From the sequence record DRR723986_5784: 37,457 bases of DNA, one strand, 5' to 3'. The notes under the pieces are model-generated. The model was not told where the DNA came from. It saw only the letters and a list, made by a program, of their open reading frames with translations, and made no database searches. Within the stretch, counting starts at the first letter, position 1; every line of letters starts with the position of its first letter. The translations under genes and the position numbers were made by a program. This document shows positions 1-8,540 of this stretch, one piece after another.

Positions 1-54
1 AAGCCACCGGTTCTCAAGCCACCGGTTCTCGAGCCCCTGTTTCTCGAGCCCCTG
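1..54. repeat. 15-bp imperfect tandem repeat, truncated by the window edge
   Basis: AAGCCACCGGTTCTC x2 (1-30), GAGCCCCTGTTTCTC (31-45), partial GAGCCCCTG (46-54). Confidence 0.85.
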
Positions 55-275
55 GAGAATAAAGGCCGGAGGCCGACACATCACTGGTGACAGAGAAGTT
101 GTTGATGCGCGCGTCGATTATGTGTAGTGTTATAGTCCACACCCTTCCATTACGATGAAGGGGCGCAAATCCCCTGAGTCAACTCCGCTGGCTGGCCAAC
201 ACTGTGTGAAATCTAATGTGCAGCCGTATTGCGTAGCGAGCCCGCCCCCAACGAACAATTCTTGAGGAATCTCCG

Positions 276-2336
276 ATGATGCTTCGCCGAACACTGTGTG
301 CACTCTCGGTCGCATTACTCGTCGCTTCAGTTTCTTCCCCTTGTTGCTGGGCGATCGATGTTGGTGCAAAAGTCGAATTTGTCCGGGCTGGTCAGAAGTT
401 TACTGGCACTGTCGTCGGCATACGATCATCGGGCAAGTTTGCTGAAGTTGAAACGGTTCACGCCGGGCAAACACATAAAATCATCGTACTGGCCGAACAA
501 CTAACAGAAGTTTCTGCACCGTCGTCAGGAGGATCGCGAACATGGCGTGACGCAACTGGCAAATTCGAGATTGTTGCGTCACTTCATAGCCAATCTGCGT
601 TCGAAGTCACGCTGAAGAAGCAAGATGGATCCCTGATCAAAGTACCTCTCGGCAAACTGTCCGCCGAAGACCAAGAGTATGTCGCATCGATCGAAACCAC
701 AGCGGAAAACCCTTTCGCCGGTGGAAGTAGCGGTTCTCCGGCTATGGGCAGCAGTGGCTCAAGCTCTTCGTCCGGCGGTCCGCTAGCCCTGCCACCAGCA
801 GTGACTTTCCGGCCCTCGGCAGGTCTCCTTACTGAAAAGCAATCGCCGCCAACGGACGTCAAGCCGGATCCATCCGCAATTGATCTCAGCGGACTCGACA
901 CTGCGGCAATGCCAATCCCCGAAACGCCTAAAGGTTCGAAAATCGCCAGGCCTCTGTTCATCAGTCCCGACGGAACAACGCTTTGCTTCCAGGCGCGCAA
1001 GGATGAACGCCGTGGAAGTGGAGAACGCTTTACGCAGATTTATATGATCGACGGCAAGAAGCGTTCAAGTGCAATGGTGGGCGAGATCAAGGGCGAATCC
1101 ATTTGGCTTTGCTCGGGAGATCCGGTGACAGGCGATGTTCTTGGTGCTGTCATGAAACATGGCGACGAAAAATCAAATGGCCTATGCGTCATCAAGGGTA
1201 TCGCTGAAGGCAGGCCACGGGTGGTGGCTCATTGGAAGTTGTTCAAAGACGACGGCAAAGCAGATTATGTCGTCTACCGGAAAATCCTGCCCGATTCCAT
1301 GGCCGTCGTATGCTGCGGCAGCAAGATCCGAGCGTACGACTACGAAGCCAAGTCTGAAGTGTGGACGCGCGACATGTCGTCGTTCAACGAACCCGCAGTT
1401 TCACCGGGAGGAAAATACACGGCGGTGTACGCGGACCGCGGCGTCTCGATCATTGAAACCAAGACCGGTAACGTGCTTGGCGCTATTCCGGTCGGTTTCC
1501 TGGGAGCGGTAAGCATGGGCTTCAACTCCGATGCAACACAACTGGCCGTTGCCGCCGGACAGGAGGTGCGAATCTTCGATGTTGCATCAGCCGAGCAGAT
1601 CTACTCGCACGAAGCCAACACCTCTCTGGCGACTCTCGGAAAACAAGTCTTCTGGACGAGTGACTCGCAGTTGTTGCTGCCGACCGGCATCTTCTTGGAT
1701 ATCGAGGAAGATTTGATTCTATGGAAATACAATCTGCTCTCCGACGGAATCGACTATACCGACGCCGAACACCACGGCTTGCTAGCATTTGAAGGCAGCG
1801 GTCGCTTCACCATCGCCCGCCTCCCTCATGCGGCGGTCAAAAAAGTTTCCCCAGGAAAGGATTCAGACCTTGTCGCACTTGGCCCTGGCGATCCGATCAA
1901 TATCGGTCGGCCCACCGGTAGCTTTACGAATGAGGGACGACAGATTGCCGATTCCATGCGAACAGCCGTACAAAACGCTGGGTACCGCGTCGCGTCGAGT
2001 GCTCCGACGCAGTTGACCATGTCGATCACTCGCGGCAAGCCGAAGACGGAGCGTTATCGAATTTTCGGGCAGGGCACTGAAGAGGTTACTTACACGCCCA
2101 TTACGTCAAAAGTAGAACTGAAGCAAAACGGAAAGACGATCTGGCAGAGGTCAACTACTTCTGGTCTACCTTACTTCTTACGCGACGAATCTCTCGATGC
2201 GGCAGCTCGCAAGGCTGAAAAACCAAACGTGAAGTACTTCGAATCGCTGAAACTGCCAAAGCAATTACTTAAGCCCGAATACCAGCAAGGGTTCGGTAGC
2301 AGCATGGTTTCCGCCAGAGGAATCGTGGACCAATAA
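276..2336 (+). CDS. Exported SHD1-domain protein with C-terminal WD40/YVTN-like beta-propeller
   Basis: Signal peptide; small SH3-like beta domain; SHD1 signature RTWRDATGKFEIVA...VPLGKLSAEDQEYV; G/S linker; propeller blades (SPDGTTL, SPGGKY, FNSDATQLAV...IFDV). Confidence 0.75.
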   Translation: MMLRRTLCALSVALLVASVSSPCCWAIDVGAKVEFVRAGQKFTGTVVGIRSSGKFAEVETVHAGQTHKIIVLAEQLTEVSAPSSGGSRTWRDATGKFEIVASLHSQSAFEVTLKKQDGSLIKVPLGKLSAEDQEYVASIETTAENPFAGGSSGSPAMGSSGSSSSSGGPLALPPAVTFRPSAGLLTEKQSPPTDVKPDPSAIDLSGLDTAAMPIPETPKGSKIARPLFISPDGTTLCFQARKDERRGSGERFTQIYMIDGKKRSSAMVGEIKGESIWLCSGDPVTGDVLGAVMKHGDEKSNGLCVIKGIAEGRPRVVAHWKLFKDDGKADYVVYRKILPDSMAVVCCGSKIRAYDYEAKSEVWTRDMSSFNEPAVSPGGKYTAVYADRGVSIIETKTGNVLGAIPVGFLGAVSMGFNSDATQLAVAAGQEVRIFDVASAEQIYSHEANTSLATLGKQVFWTSDSQLLLPTGIFLDIEEDLILWKYNLLSDGIDYTDAEHHGLLAFEGSGRFTIARLPHAAVKKVSPGKDSDLVALGPGDPINIGRPTGSFTNEGRQIADSMRTAVQNAGYRVASSAPTQLTMSITRGKPKTERYRIFGQGTEEVTYTPITSKVELKQNGKTIWQRSTTSGLPYFLRDESLDAAARKAEKPNVKYFESLKLPKQLLKPEYQQGFGSSMVSARGIVDQ

Positions 2337-2423
2337 GCTTCCTTTGGATCTATTTTGGATTCTCTTTTCGGCCTGCCTTACCCAATCGGTCCGGCATTTG
2401 TAGAATTTGAGTGGTTAATTGAG

Positions 2424-2446
2424 GGGGTAATTTTCGATATTACCCC
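2424..2446. promoter_or_regulatory. Inverted repeat upstream of korA (operator or hairpin)
   Basis: GGGGTAAT-N7-ATTACCCC, perfect 8-bp arms; function unknown. Confidence 0.4.
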
Positions 2447-2530
2447 TATATTCTGCCAGAATGCAGCCATAACTGGGCACTCATTCTGCCCAGACGCTCA
2501 AGTTTAGCTTTCTTAACAGGCTCGATCTGA

Positions 2531-4417
2531 ATGTCCTCCGACGCCTCCTCGGCATCCGCCAAAGAAGTAGAAGTAGTCAGTGGTATTACCGTCCGTCTCG
2601 CGGGAGACTCCGGTGACGGTATGCAGCTACTGGGTACCCAGCTTACCAATACATCCGCACTTAGCGGCAACGACGTAGCCACGTTCCCGGACTTCCCGGC
2701 TGAGATTCGTGCCCCTCGCGGCACGCGCGCCGGCGTCAGTGGCTTCCAGGTTCAATTCGCTTCCCACGAAGTGCACACACCTGGCGACACTCTCGATGCG
2801 CTGGTTGCAATGAATCCTGCTGCGTTGGTCACCAACTTGGATGACCTGCGGAAGGGTGGTTTGTTGATCGTCAACGAAGACAGCTTTGAGGCAAAAGACC
2901 TGAAGCTTGCCGCGCTGACAACCAATCCGCTTGAAGAACCGTGGACTGAGAACTACCGCCTCGTCAAAGTACCGATGACGAAGCTTACCCGCGAAGCCGT
3001 CAAGGAGCACGGACTCAGCGTCAAGGAGTCCGACCGCTGCCGTAACTTCTTCGCAATGGGCTTGGTCTATTGGTTGTATGGCCGCAGCATGGAAGCCACC
3101 CTGCGGTTTATCGACAACAAGTTCGGCAAGCTGCCGGCGGTCCAAAAAGCAAACGAAAGTGCGCTGCGAGCAGGCTGGGCATTTGGCGAAACCACAGAGC
3201 TACTTGGTGCATCCTATCAAGTCGAAAAAGCCGAGCTTCCCGCTGGCAAGTACCGTAACATCATGGGTAATCAGGCATTGGCCTGGGGACTCATGACGGC
3301 GTCGAAGCTCAGCGGCAAGGAGCTGTTCTATGGCTCTTACCCAATCACGCCGGCCAGCGATATCTTGCATGAACTTTGCAAGTACAAGAACTATGGCGTT
3401 TGCACCGTCCAAGCGGAAGACGAGATTGCCGCCGTCTGTGCCGCAATCGGCGCTGCTTACGGTGGATCGATGGCTGTCACAACCAGTAGCGGTCCGGGTA
3501 TCGCGTTGAAGGCCGAAGCCATGGGGCTGGCCGTGATGATTGAGCTACCACTGCTTGTCATCGACGTCCAGCGCGGCGGACCGAGCACCGGCTTGCCAAC
3601 CAAGACCGAACAAGCCGACCTGTTGCAATTGCTATTCGGACGAAACGGCGAAGCTCCCGTTCCCGTTCTGGCGGCCAAGAGTCCTGGCGACTGCTTTGCA
3701 ACGGCCATCGAGGCCTGGCGAATCGCGACCCAGTTTATGGTGCCTGTTGTGATTCTATCCGACGGATACATTGCAAATGGCTCAGAACCTTGGGCGATCC
3801 CAGACGTGGACCAAATCCCGCCGATCAAGGTCGAACACCCGACTGCGTCAAGCGACGGTTCTGAATTCCTGCCTTACAGCCGCAACGAAGATCTTGCTCG
3901 TCCGTGGGCAATTCCTGGTACGCCAGAATTGATGCACCGTGTCGGCGGCCTGGAGAAACAAGACGGGACGGGCAACGTCAGCTACGATCCGGAAAACCAC
4001 GAGAAGATGGTTCACCTGCGTGCCGAAAAAGTCGCTCGGGTTGCCACTGCCATCCCACCACAAGAGGTCTTCGGTCCAGAATCCGGCGATCTACTTGTCC
4101 TCTCTTGGGGCGGCACATACGGAACCTGCCACACGGCTGTTTCGCGAGCCATCGAAGGCGGGGCGCAGGTCGCTCACTGTCACCTCCGGCACATGAATCC
4201 GTTCCCATCAAACCTGGGCCAGATTTTGAGCAACTACAAGAATGTTCTGATTCCGGAATTGAACATGGGTCAGTTGCGAATGCTGATCCGCGACAAGTTC
4301 TTGGTCGATGCCATTGGGTTCAACAAAGTGCAAGGGAAACCATTCTCGGTTTCTGAGTTGGTCGAAAAGATCTCCGAGCACGCTTCAACCCGCCCAGAAC
4401 TAAAGTCTGCCGTCTAG
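2531..4417 (+). CDS. korA: 2-oxoacid:ferredoxin oxidoreductase alpha subunit (gamma-alpha fusion)
   Basis: AGDSGDG N-terminal motif, YPITP, EDEIAA, TSSGPG, QRGGPSTGLPT; substrate specificity inferred. Confidence 0.92.
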   Translation: MSSDASSASAKEVEVVSGITVRLAGDSGDGMQLLGTQLTNTSALSGNDVATFPDFPAEIRAPRGTRAGVSGFQVQFASHEVHTPGDTLDALVAMNPAALVTNLDDLRKGGLLIVNEDSFEAKDLKLAALTTNPLEEPWTENYRLVKVPMTKLTREAVKEHGLSVKESDRCRNFFAMGLVYWLYGRSMEATLRFIDNKFGKLPAVQKANESALRAGWAFGETTELLGASYQVEKAELPAGKYRNIMGNQALAWGLMTASKLSGKELFYGSYPITPASDILHELCKYKNYGVCTVQAEDEIAAVCAAIGAAYGGSMAVTTSSGPGIALKAEAMGLAVMIELPLLVIDVQRGGPSTGLPTKTEQADLLQLLFGRNGEAPVPVLAAKSPGDCFATAIEAWRIATQFMVPVVILSDGYIANGSEPWAIPDVDQIPPIKVEHPTASSDGSEFLPYSRNEDLARPWAIPGTPELMHRVGGLEKQDGTGNVSYDPENHEKMVHLRAEKVARVATAIPPQEVFGPESGDLLVLSWGGTYGTCHTAVSRAIEGGAQVAHCHLRHMNPFPSNLGQILSNYKNVLIPELNMGQLRMLIRDKFLVDAIGFNKVQGKPFSVSELVEKISEHASTRPELKSAV

Positions 4418-4434
4418 GCAAATGTGACTTCACA

Positions 4435-4462
4435 AGCTCGGATCAGTTTGACAATCCGAGCT
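4435..4462 (+). other. Intercistronic stem-loop between korA and korB
   Basis: AGCTCGGAT-N10-ATCCGAGCT with no U-tract. Confidence 0.55.
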
Positions 4463-4509
4463 GCTCCCAAACATGCTGAACAACCAACTGCTCCTATGCA
4501 GGTATTCCT

Positions 4510-5526
4510 ATGAGCACTTCACTTCCAGTCCTAAAAGCAACTGACTTCGCCAGCGATCAAGATATCCGGTGGTGCCCAGGCTGTGGCGATTACTCGATCC
4601 TCGCCCAGATGAAGAAAATGCTTCCGAGCCTTGGGCTCCCTTTGGAAGAAATCGTCTTCATTTCGGGTATCGGATGCTCCAGTCGATTTCCGTACTATAT
4701 GAACACATACGGAATCCACAGCATCCACGGTCGCGCGCCTGCTTTCGCAACCGGACTTCGTGTTGCTCGGCCCGACCTGAAGGTCTTCGTCATCACCGGT
4801 GACGGAGACTCCCTGAGTATCGGTGGTAACCACTTCGTGCACCTGTTGCGGCGAAACGTCGATGTAACGCTCGTGCTATTCAACAACCGAATCTACGGTC
4901 TGACGAAGGGCCAGTACTCACCAACAAGCCCCGAGGGCCAAGTCACCAAGAGTACGCCGATGGGATCGGTCGATCACCCATTGAATCCAATCTCAATTGC
5001 ACTTGGTGCCGAAGCTGGATTCATCGCTCGCAGCGTTGATTCAAACATCAAGCACCTCGGTGAGACGCTTTACCGGGCCGCTCAACACCGCGGAACATCG
5101 GTTGTCGAAGTTTATCAGAATTGCAATGTCTTCAATGATGGCGCATTCAGTTACGCTCAAGACAAGGCTACACGATCGGACACGACCGTTGAGCTTCAGC
5201 ATGGCAAGCCTATGATTTTTGGCAAGAACAGCGACAAGGGAATTCGCCTCAATGGATTCTCTCCAGAGGTCGTTGACCTGAACAACGGTGGCGTCAGCCA
5301 GGACGATTTACTCTTCCACGACGAACAAGCTGATTCAACGCTCGTTCACATCCTTGCCAAGATGCGACACCCCGACTTCCCTGAGCCGATCGGGGTATTC
5401 CGTGCCGTCGAAGGTGAAATCTTCGAAGATGGAGTGCGCGGCCAAGTTGACGCGGCCATTGAGAAGAAGGGGGCAGGGGACCTCAACAAGTTGTTCTCCA
5501 GCGGCGACACCTGGAACGTTGCGTAA
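4510..5526 (+). CDS. korB: 2-oxoacid:ferredoxin oxidoreductase beta subunit
   Basis: WCPGCGD, SGIGCSSR, HGRA, TPP-binding GDGD...NN, YGLTKGQYSPT; follows the alpha subunit. Confidence 0.93.
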   Translation: MSTSLPVLKATDFASDQDIRWCPGCGDYSILAQMKKMLPSLGLPLEEIVFISGIGCSSRFPYYMNTYGIHSIHGRAPAFATGLRVARPDLKVFVITGDGDSLSIGGNHFVHLLRRNVDVTLVLFNNRIYGLTKGQYSPTSPEGQVTKSTPMGSVDHPLNPISIALGAEAGFIARSVDSNIKHLGETLYRAAQHRGTSVVEVYQNCNVFNDGAFSYAQDKATRSDTTVELQHGKPMIFGKNSDKGIRLNGFSPEVVDLNNGGVSQDDLLFHDEQADSTLVHILAKMRHPDFPEPIGVFRAVEGEIFEDGVRGQVDAAIEKKGAGDLNKLFSSGDTWNVA

Positions 5527-5711
5527 GCAGGCGAACTCCCTGAAGTGAGCCTCAAACGGCCTCGTTTCTCGCGCAGTTCTTGCCAAAGAGCCCTTTGCAA
5601 ACAGCCTTCTGCTGTGGCCCTGGCCCAGTGCCCTGTGCCCTGAGACGGCTGCCTTGAGAAAACTCCAGCCCGCCGAACGAAAGCCCTCCCGGCTGGGCCC
5701 TGCGTCAGGGA

Positions 5712-7823
5712 CTATTCTGCTTCCGGGACTTGCATGATCACATGCATGGAGCTGGAATTCTCGGGAAAGCTGATCTTCGACGCGATAAATTCGCGATTAT
5801 CATCTTCGAATTCGCCGTCAGCATCGCGGATTTCAGGCCACCGCGAGAAGACTTCTCCGACCTTGCGCAGTTCGCTCGATCTCTTCGGTCTCTTGGAATC
5901 GAAAATCACATTCTCGTGATCATCGACCAGGACCAAACGGCTCTTCGTCCCGATCATTTGCAGTTCGGGGCCGATCAAATTGCTGATCTCGGATTCGGCC
6001 AAGACGACTCCAAATGGCTCTTCGGTCTCGGAATCGAACACCGGGACTCCGAACACAAACCGAACCTGGCCAGCGGTGGCGCGATCCAATTCGATTCTGC
6101 ATTCCCCAGGAAACTGCTCCAAGACCATCTTGTGAAACACGGTCGCCGAACCACGACGCAATCGACTCTGCGGGAGCGAACGCACATTGGAAATGTCCGT
6201 CAAGCTGCGTTCGACCCGAACAATCTCGTGAATCTTTTCATTCTCGATTCGAGCGTAACTCAGTCCTGTGAGATTTGTTCGAGTCTTCACGAGCGCCATC
6301 AGGATGGTCGACATACGCTCCCGCCAGGTGACAAAGTCCGCTTCGCTGTTGCCAGTTTCCGAAACCAGACCTTGAATCGGTGGAAGCTCGACCATGAACT
6401 GGGCCGTTGCTGCCAATTGCCGAAACTGGACGCACAACCGCGATCGCAAATCCAGGCTGGCCATCTTCATGCTGTCATATTCATTCTGGCGCTTGTGCTT
6501 GCCCGCTATCCAAGCCTCTACGTCGGCAGCCAGTTCGCCGGCGGAGGCGTGCCTTGCATAGCGATTCTTCGCCATTGCACGCATACAAATGTCTTCCAAT
6601 TCCTTTGGAACCGCCGAATTCAACTCTCTCGGCCGAGGAGCATCCGCGCTTGCAATCTTCTCCAGAAAATCCGTTACTTTGACGGAACCACCAAGCGATT
6701 TGTTGCTCTTTTCGTGAGGAGCGTAGCCGGTCAGTATCGCAAACAGAATCGCGCCCAATCCATAAACGTCCGTTTTGTCGTCCAAGACGTCCATGTCGCC
6801 TGCAGCCTGTTCGGGTGACATGTACAGCGGCGTGCCTACAACATCACCATCAATTGTCTGGTCAGCCGCGATGCTGTCATCGATACTGCCCGAAAGCGCC
6901 ATCCGCGTCGCCAGCTCGCCTTCGGAATCAAGTTTGGCAAGGCCCCAGTCCAGCACAAGAACTTGTCCAAAGTTATCGAGCGCAATATTCTCCGGCTTTA
7001 AGTCGCGGTGAATCACACCGCGTGAATGTGCAAACGCTATCGCCTGACAGACGTCCAGAAATACGGTCAGTAGCCGGTGAAGCTGTATCGGGTCACGCCG
7101 AACTTCCTCGCGTGCATGGTACTCCTCAATCGCATCGCGCAGTGTCTGCTTGCCGAGAAATCGCATCGCGTAAAAGGGCATGCCCGTTTCGGGGTTAACG
7201 CCACTCATGTAAAGCGGCACAACATTTGGATGCTCCAGGTGGCCTGTGATTTCGGCCTCACGCTGGAACCGTCTCCAGACCTTGGCTGAATCGGCTACAC
7301 CGGGCCGCATTTCCTTGAGCGCTACGTTTCGCTTTAGTTTTTCGTCGCGAGCGAGCCAGACTGTCCCCAAACCACCTTCGCCAATTTTCTTGATCAGGGT
7401 AAAGCGGCTGACAGCGGTTCGATTTTCTTCCGGGGCTAAATCATCTTCACCAACACTGCCACCGGACGCAGAAGGCGAATAATACATCGTGCCGGCCTCA
7501 GCAGCACTGCGCGCGGTCGACGAGCCTGAGCCGCCGGTTGCTGCTGTGTTGCTGATCGCGACAGAGTTACTTTGCGCGACTGCAATCGAGTCCTTCATTC
7601 GCTCACGCGCTGCCTTGCTTAGACTCAGCGATGACTCCGAGAGCCGGGCATCGTCTTGAGTGACGCTAAGAACAGATTTTTGAATCATCGCTGAGAGACT
7701 GGCAAACGACTGAGCTTCCGGAGCACTTCTGCCAAGTTTGTCGTCGAGATCAATTCTCTCGTCCGCTGAAAGGTCGCCGCTGAGGGATTTGGAAATCAGC
7801 TCGCTAAGCTTTAGGTCATTCAC
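5712..7823 (-). CDS. Ser/Thr protein kinase with N-terminal anti-sigma-like domain and C-terminal Cache-like domain
   Basis: GEGGLG, VALK, HRDLKPEN, DWGLAK, GTPLYMSPEQ, DVYGLG all intact; GTG start overlaps the ECF stop by 8 nt; accessory domain calls are by eye. Confidence 0.9.
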   Translation of the reverse strand: MNDLKLSELISKSLSGDLSADERIDLDDKLGRSAPEAQSFASLSAMIQKSVLSVTQDDARLSESSLSLSKAARERMKDSIAVAQSNSVAISNTAATGGSGSSTARSAAEAGTMYYSPSASGGSVGEDDLAPEENRTAVSRFTLIKKIGEGGLGTVWLARDEKLKRNVALKEMRPGVADSAKVWRRFQREAEITGHLEHPNVVPLYMSGVNPETGMPFYAMRFLGKQTLRDAIEEYHAREEVRRDPIQLHRLLTVFLDVCQAIAFAHSRGVIHRDLKPENIALDNFGQVLVLDWGLAKLDSEGELATRMALSGSIDDSIAADQTIDGDVVGTPLYMSPEQAAGDMDVLDDKTDVYGLGAILFAILTGYAPHEKSNKSLGGSVKVTDFLEKIASADAPRPRELNSAVPKELEDICMRAMAKNRYARHASAGELAADVEAWIAGKHKRQNEYDSMKMASLDLRSRLCVQFRQLAATAQFMVELPPIQGLVSETGNSEADFVTWRERMSTILMALVKTRTNLTGLSYARIENEKIHEIVRVERSLTDISNVRSLPQSRLRRGSATVFHKMVLEQFPGECRIELDRATAGQVRFVFGVPVFDSETEEPFGVVLAESEISNLIGPELQMIGTKSRLVLVDDHENVIFDSKRPKRSSELRKVGEVFSRWPEIRDADGEFEDDNREFIASKISFPENSSSMHVIMQVPEAE

Positions 7824-8436
7824 TTGCTGGAGCCCCCTGCTCGTTCAGAAACCATTTTGATCCAACACATTTTGCAAGCCCTAGCCGAGCGCGATGAAGC
7901 CTAACCCACATGTTGGACGGCGTAATGCCAAGTGCCTTACAGATTTCATCGCTTTCCATCTCTTCCATGACACTTAGCGTGAAAACGTCCGCCTGCCCCT
8001 GCGGCAAGCGGGTCAAGCACTCCTGAACGACTCCCCACAATTCCTGGGCCTCGAACTGCGTGTCAGGTCCGATTTGCGGCAAGCTGCCAGATTTCCAACG
8101 ACCGTTTTCATCGAACAACAGGGCCGTCGGATCGTATTCATCTTCACCAAGATTTTGAGTCTTTCGTCGCGTTCGGGCGCGAACAAAATCGATAATCTTG
8201 CGTTTGAGAATTCCCATTAGCCAACCACGCTGCGACCCCTTGCCAGCGAATTGACCGAAGTGCTTTAGGGCGGACAGAAACGTCTCTTGGACTACTTCTT
8301 CAGCCGCATTCGAATCGCGAAGACGACTCACGGCGTAGCGGTAGAGGTAATCGCCGTACGCATCGACCCACTCAGATGGATCGAGCGCCTCATCACGCAG
8401 CTTCTGCGTCGTGGTTGGCTCGTGTGAAATCGACAC
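7816..8436 (-). CDS. ECF sigma factor (TIGR02943 / Neisseria sigmaE-like)
   Basis: Region 2 YLYRYA...AEEVVQETF...WLMGILKRKIID, FDENGRW linker, region 4 LP...VFTL...EIC..LGITPSNMWVRLHRAR..L..C...KWF; the ORF track starts at 8478, but GTG 8436 is preferred because a candidate promoter overlaps 8470-8495. Confidence 0.9.
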   Translation of the reverse strand: MSISHEPTTTQKLRDEALDPSEWVDAYGDYLYRYAVSRLRDSNAAEEVVQETFLSALKHFGQFAGKGSQRGWLMGILKRKIIDFVRARTRRKTQNLGEDEYDPTALLFDENGRWKSGSLPQIGPDTQFEAQELWGVVQECLTRLPQGQADVFTLSVMEEMESDEICKALGITPSNMWVRLHRARLGLAKCVGSKWFLNEQGAPASE

Positions 8437-8469
8437 TAATAGGACGTCCAAAGAGTGCGGAGTTTGGAG

Positions 8470-8495
8470 TAAGACCACTCCAATTATAACCTTAT
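8470..8495 (-). promoter_or_regulatory. Candidate autoregulatory ECF promoter
   Basis: Minus strand ATAAGGTT-ataattggagtg-GTCTTA; resembles the GTAAGGTT...CGTCT motif recalled for Neisseria sigmaE. Confidence 0.4.
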
Positions 8496-8540
8496 GCGGG
8501 ACGTCCCTGAATGCGGGGCAGGGGCCCGCGTGGGCTAAGA

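Noticed and set aside
1-54. CRISPR array
   Set aside because: Repeats are 15 bp and contiguous, with no spacers and no cas genes.
5730-6818. 362-aa plus-strand ORF antisense to the kinase
   Set aside because: Lies entirely opposite a well-supported gene and has no recognisable motifs; typical shadow ORF. The same applies to the many other nested or antisense ORFs in the track.
8280-8325. Direct phosphorylation of the ECF in region 2.2 (EcfP/PknT model)
   Set aside because: The motif RDSNAAEEVVQETF retains acidic residues at the DAED-equivalent positions, so it lacks the hallmark Ser/Thr substitution. Not excluded, but unsupported.
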